This document shows, piece after piece, positions 60,601 to 64,000 of a stretch of 64,000 nucleotides of DNA. This DNA comes from Chloroflexota bacterium. Lineage in GTDB: Bacteria > Chloroflexota > Dehalococcoidia > Lucifugimonadales > Lucifugimonadaceae. The notes under the pieces were generated by a model that worked only from the letters and a program-made list of their open reading frames with translations, made no database searches and was not told the DNA's origin. Each line of letters begins with the position of its first letter. Within the stretch, counting starts at the first letter, position 1. The DNA lies in the NCBI GenBank assembly GCA_027618835.1, contig JAQCHZ010000004.1:40715-104714 (forward strand), in the 5' to 3' direction. Both the position numbers and the translations under genes were made by a program.

Positions 60601-62286
60601 AATAGCATCGAGCGGTGGGTTGGAAACCTGTGCGAACGCCTGCTTGAAGTAAGCGAACATGTTTTGAGGCTTGTCGGAAAGGACTGCCAACGGCGAGTCG
60701 TTACCCATCGATCCCTGAGGCTGGTGACCTGTTATCGCCATTGGGCGAACGAGCATATGAAGGTCTTCACGTGAGTAGCCGAAAGCCATCTGACGGCTAA
60801 CGAGAGTGTCGACATCTGGCTCGGGAACATTTTCTGCATCGGGAAGAGTTTCAATGGTCGCTCGATTTTCTTCGAGCCACTCACCGTAAGGATTCTCAGA
60901 GGCGATGCGTTGTGCAACCTCATCAGGCTCAACGATTCGCTGCTCGTCGAAGTCGATCAGGAACATACGTCCCGGCTCGAGACGCGAGCGGTACTTGATG
61001 CGGTCAGGGTCGATGTTCAACACACCGGTTTCCGAAGCCATCACCAAGAGATCGTCTTTAGTTACCCAGTAACGGAAAGGGCGGAGACCATTTCGGTCGA
61101 GCACTGCGCCAACCGCGTCACCATCGGTGAACACGATCATTGCCGGACCGTCCCAAGGCTCCATAACGTTGCCGTGGAATTCGTAGAAATCCTTAACGTT
61201 CTGCGGCATCGATTCGTGGCCGTGCCATGCGGCAGGCATCATCATTGCAGCAGTGTGCTCAACAGATCGACCGGTCATTCGCAGCAGTTCGAACACGTTG
61301 TCGAGTGAAGCGGTATCGGACGGGTCATCAGATTCACATATGGGTGTGAGCTGGTCGATGTTGTCGCCAAACAAAGGCGACTTGATGCTGCGCTCACGAG
61401 CCTGCATCCAGTTTCGGTTACCACGAACAGTGTTGATCTCACCGTTGTGAGCAAGCATTCGGTAAGGGTGAGCAAGTTTCCATGAACCAAGAGTGTTGGT
61501 TGAGAAACGCGAGTGAACCAGACCGAACGCACTGACCATGCTTTCGTTGGCAAGGTCAAGGTAGAACTTGCCAAGCTGGTCGACGAGCAGCATGCCTTTG
61601 TAGATCAGTGTGCGAGACGACCATGAGCTGACGTAGAACTCTCGACGGAGAGTCTGCTTTGTCTTTGGATCGGATTCGCCATCGACGAAGTTCTTCTCTG
61701 TCGTCTTTCGAGCGAGATATAGAACTCGTTCGAGGTCGTCGCCCTCAACACCCTCGGGTGCAGATACAAATAACTGAGCAATCTTCGGCATGATTGCGCG
61801 TGATGTAATACCGATAACGCTGGGGTCGGTTGGAACTTCTCGCCAACCAAGAATCGCCATGCCGTTCCCGGTAGCGGATGATTCGAGTGATGCACGTGCT
61901 GCTGCATTCAGTTCGTCATCTACCGGCAGGAAGCACATCGCTACACCGAATCGACGTGCGGCAGGGAGTTCAAAACCTTCTTGCGCCGCAACTTCGCGCA
62001 TGAACGCGTCGGGCATTTGGATCGTGATACCTGCGCCGTCACCCGTTAAAGGGTCGGCACCGGCAGCTCCTCGATGGCCGAGATTAACCAGCACTTCGAG
62101 TGCCTGATCGATAATCCCGTGAGACTGCACTCCAGTAATGTTGGCAACCATGCCGACACCACAGGCGTCTCGTTCCAGTTCTGGAACGTACAGTCCATTT
62201 TCAGCAATGTCAGAAAAATCTGGCAGCTTGAAATCTGGCTGTGCTTCACCCAGATGCGATTCAAAATTATTACGGACTTCGGTCAT
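57646..62286 (-). CDS. gltB: Glutamate synthase large subunit
   Basis: DACGVG, HSRFSTNT, HNGEINT, QGAKPGEGG and CHLNTC motifs. AGGAG before the ATG at 62286. Confidence 0.98.
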   Translation of the reverse strand: MTEVRNNFESHLGEAQPDFKLPDFSDIAENGLYVPELERDACGVGMVANITGVQSHGIIDQALEVLVNLGHRGAAGADPLTGDGAGITIQMPDAFMREVAAQEGFELPAARRFGVAMCFLPVDDELNAAARASLESSATGNGMAILGWREVPTDPSVIGITSRAIMPKIAQLFVSAPEGVEGDDLERVLYLARKTTEKNFVDGESDPKTKQTLRREFYVSSWSSRTLIYKGMLLVDQLGKFYLDLANESMVSAFGLVHSRFSTNTLGSWKLAHPYRMLAHNGEINTVRGNRNWMQARERSIKSPLFGDNIDQLTPICESDDPSDTASLDNVFELLRMTGRSVEHTAAMMMPAAWHGHESMPQNVKDFYEFHGNVMEPWDGPAMIVFTDGDAVGAVLDRNGLRPFRYWVTKDDLLVMASETGVLNIDPDRIKYRSRLEPGRMFLIDFDEQRIVEPDEVAQRIASENPYGEWLEENRATIETLPDAENVPEPDVDTLVSRQMAFGYSREDLHMLVRPMAITGHQPQGSMGNDSPLAVLSDKPQNMFAYFKQAFAQVSNPPLDAIREKLITQRAVPAGRRPNIFETTAAHCRMLRIDHPVLRNSELAKIKASTVPGVKAKTISTLFPVSGGAEALDAALVRIREEATQAIEDGYTLLILSDRSVDSENSYVPSLLATGAVHHHLIRERNRAQADIIVESGEPREVHHFATLFGYGASAINPYLAFETIVGLRLRPTAEEKIPSQDIAEENFREAIEEGVVKTMAKMGISTLQGYIGAQVFEALGLSKELVAEYFTSTVSRISGIGTSEIALDILANHSLAYSPDNIPSNLKLDLGGLYLWRSTGERHMWNPDTISLLQDAVTRNDSDTFRQFESASNDEGNEHITIRNMLEPIFGDEIPLDEVEPASVIAERFATGAISLGSISREAHETLAIATNRIGARSNTGEGGEDPERFVLDDNGDDRSSAVKQVASGRFGVTTNYLTNAKDLQIKMAQGAKPGEGGEIPGRKISDYIAYIRKTTPGVELISPPPHHDIYSIEDLAQLIHDLKSVNPSARVHVKLVSVAGVGIIAAGVAKGKGDVVLISGDSGGTGASPLSSIRHAGLPWELGLAETQQVLVANGLRDRIVVQTDGQMKTSLDVLVAALLGAEEWGIATGALISMGCIMLRKCHLNTCSVGVATQDPELRKKFSGTPDAVVNYFMFLAEGLRELMAKLGFRTVNEMIGRVDKLKARTDIDHWKAKTLDLSPILMKPEVLPQDHPYQQILQDHGLDEALDNELIELARPAIDYGNEVSATLPVSNINRTVGATLSGVIAKKTGEAGLPDGSIKFTFQGSAGQSFGAWLVKGVTFKIEGDSNDYFGKGLSGGRLIITPPANSSYEAKDNIIIGNVALYGSTGGEAYVNGLAGERFAVRNSAATAVVEGIGDHGCEYMTGGRVAILGPAGRNFGAGMSGGVAYMIDEDGSFSTHFNDAIADLIDVVPGSDDDAELKEMIENHVTYTGSKLGAELLSDWSTSITKFKKVFPRDYARVLRGRAASSETTDAMEGVGSRG

Positions 62287-62333
62287 GTTTCTCCTAGTAC
62301 GAAGATCAAATGGTATTGAGATAGACAGCTGGC

Positions 62334-63698
62334 TTACAGGTGTCGGTATCTCTCCAGTTCGTAATCGGTAACTGTATTGCTGAACTCCTGCCATTCGAGC
62401 CGCTTGTTAGCGAGGAAGTTCGACGTTACGGTCGAGCCCAGTGCTTTTTCGAGCAACTCGCTCTTCTCCGCAAGACGAATCGCTTCATCAAGCGTTCGAG
62501 GCAGGCGTACCACACCGCGTTCGTTCAGCTCAGAATCCGACATTTGGAAAATGTCGTTGTCGAGTGGCTCAGGTAGTGGCAGTTTGTTTTCGATGCCATC
62601 AAGGCCTGCAGCAAGCAGAACCGAGAATAGTAAATAAGGGTTAGCCGCTGCATCGGGAGCGCGGTATTCCAGGCGAATGCTCTCCTCACGACCCGGTCGG
62701 TAACTTGGGATACGAATGAGATCGCCAAAGTTTCCAGAGGTCCACGAAGCAAAAATCGGCGCTTCCAGACCTGGTAGAAGACGCTTGTAGGAATTGACCC
62801 ACTGGTTGGTTACAACGCAGATGTCGGCAGCATGACGCATGAGTCCGGCGATGAAGTGTCGACCCGTCTCAGACAGGTTCATTTCGTCATCAGCACTAAA
62901 GAACGCATTTTCGTCGCCATTGAACAGCGACATGTGTGTGTGCATTCCCGATCCGTGGCGATCGCCAAATGGTCGAGGCATGAATGTGGCAAGAGCACCG
63001 GCGGGAGCAGCAAGTTCTTTTACAATCACCTTGAAAGTAATAATCGAATCGGCCATCGTCAAAGCGTTCGTGTGACGAAGATCAATCTCGTGCTGCCCAA
63101 CTCCAACTTCGTGATGGCTGTGCTTCACGGGGATGCCCATTTTTTCAAGGGTCAGAACAGTGTCCCGGCGTAGATCTGCGCCGGGACCATCGACAGAAGT
63201 CTGGTCAAAGTAACCGCTGCGATCGTTTCGGGCAGGTTCGTCTGGCTCGCCAGTGTCGTAGTAATACTCGATCTCTGGCGCTACATAAAAGGTGAATCCC
63301 ATGTCTGCTGCCCTGACAAGGTTGCGGCGGAGAACTTGCCTTCCGTCGGCAACCGATGGCTCTCCGAGGGGTGTTTCGATATCACAGAACATCCGAGCAA
63401 CGGCGTCGATGCTCGGTCGCCAAGGTAACACTTGGAACGTTGATGGGTCGGGCATGGCTACCATGTCCGACTCGTCGGCTCGAGTTAATCCTTCGATAGA
63501 AGCACCATCGAAGCTAGCGCCGTTTTGCATCACGCCTTCGAGTTCATCGATTGTTATTGCGAAGCCCTTGAGCGTTCCCAAAATATCGGTGAACCACAGA
63601 CGAATGAACTTTACGCCGTGCTCGCGCGCCGACATCAAGACGTACTTGACCGCCTCTTGATCGGGTTTCTTCGGGCTGTTTTCGGGTGTCTGTGTCAT
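62334..63698 (-). CDS. glnA: Glutamine synthetase family protein (GSI-alpha-like)
   Basis: FDGASI, ESDM, HHEV..GQHEI, GSGMHTHMS, YKRL.PG.EAP and EYRAPD..ANPY motifs. Confidence 0.9.
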   Translation of the reverse strand: MTQTPENSPKKPDQEAVKYVLMSAREHGVKFIRLWFTDILGTLKGFAITIDELEGVMQNGASFDGASIEGLTRADESDMVAMPDPSTFQVLPWRPSIDAVARMFCDIETPLGEPSVADGRQVLRRNLVRAADMGFTFYVAPEIEYYYDTGEPDEPARNDRSGYFDQTSVDGPGADLRRDTVLTLEKMGIPVKHSHHEVGVGQHEIDLRHTNALTMADSIITFKVIVKELAAPAGALATFMPRPFGDRHGSGMHTHMSLFNGDENAFFSADDEMNLSETGRHFIAGLMRHAADICVVTNQWVNSYKRLLPGLEAPIFASWTSGNFGDLIRIPSYRPGREESIRLEYRAPDAAANPYLLFSVLLAAGLDGIENKLPLPEPLDNDIFQMSDSELNERGVVRLPRTLDEAIRLAEKSELLEKALGSTVTSNFLANKRLEWQEFSNTVTDYELERYRHL

Positions 63699-63907
63699 GA
63701 AGTGGCTAAAGCATTTTGGAAGCGGTAAGAACCGTTCCAAATTCCGGTTGTTTTAAATTTGACCGAAGATTGAGTATTGAAAAATGTCGCTGTCTTGTCA
63801 ATTCAGTCATGTGCGTTGGAAGGAATCTAATGGCATTCCTAATTGATCTACTAAAAACTCGGAGTACTTATATTGCTCCCGTAAGCGCACGATACACGCG
63901 CGTTCTG

Positions 63908-63946
63908 TTAACTATTTGTTTTAACTATTTGTTTCAATTTGAAACA
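63908..63946. repeat. Tandem 13-mer plus 17-bp palindrome upstream of glnA
   Basis: ttaactatttgtt occurs twice (63908-63933), overlapping tgtttca-att-tgaaaca (63930-63946). Confidence 0.6.
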
Positions 63947-64000
63947 TTTGCAGTGAGGAAGAATTTTACGTTGATTTCTAACCCAGCCTGAAAACTAGCT

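Noticed and set aside
1-64000. CRISPR array, rRNA, tRNA, intact IS or integrase
   Set aside because: No regularly spaced repeats, cloverleaf or rRNA signatures, or transposase/integrase catalytic motifs were seen by eye.

Overview
Bacterial chromosomal window. The gene repertoire and motifs point to Chloroflexota, class Dehalococcoidia, probably SAR202-like (inference from the archaellin gene, GAAC-N4-GTTC LexA boxes, N-terminally extended GreA and a beta-propeller gene inside the yidC operon). The left ~24 kb is accessory and partly decaying: a DUF6088/AbiEii toxin-antitoxin pair with a broken toxin, a small siphophage neck-gene relic abutting a truncated AAC(3)-like gene, catabolic oxidoreductases, several pseudogenes (haem-binding protein, Usp, TSUP, ChrA) and an orphan archaellin. 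The rest is mostly intact housekeeping: pstB-phoU, rlmN, greA, rpmH-rnpA-yidD-propeller-yidC-jag, purF-purM-purH, pncB, tilS, recA, htrA and glnA-gltB-gltD-nadE. It also holds a methyltransferase plus novel nuclease pair and a broken thioredoxin gene. Best candidate for a new system: a promoter overlapped by two LexA-type boxes (13996-14038) drives an intact gene that looks like a catalytically dead terminase large-subunit ATPase domain, followed by a 4-Cys/HTH protein. No rRNA, tRNA or CRISPR array was seen. All family calls come from motif recognition by eye, not from database searches.
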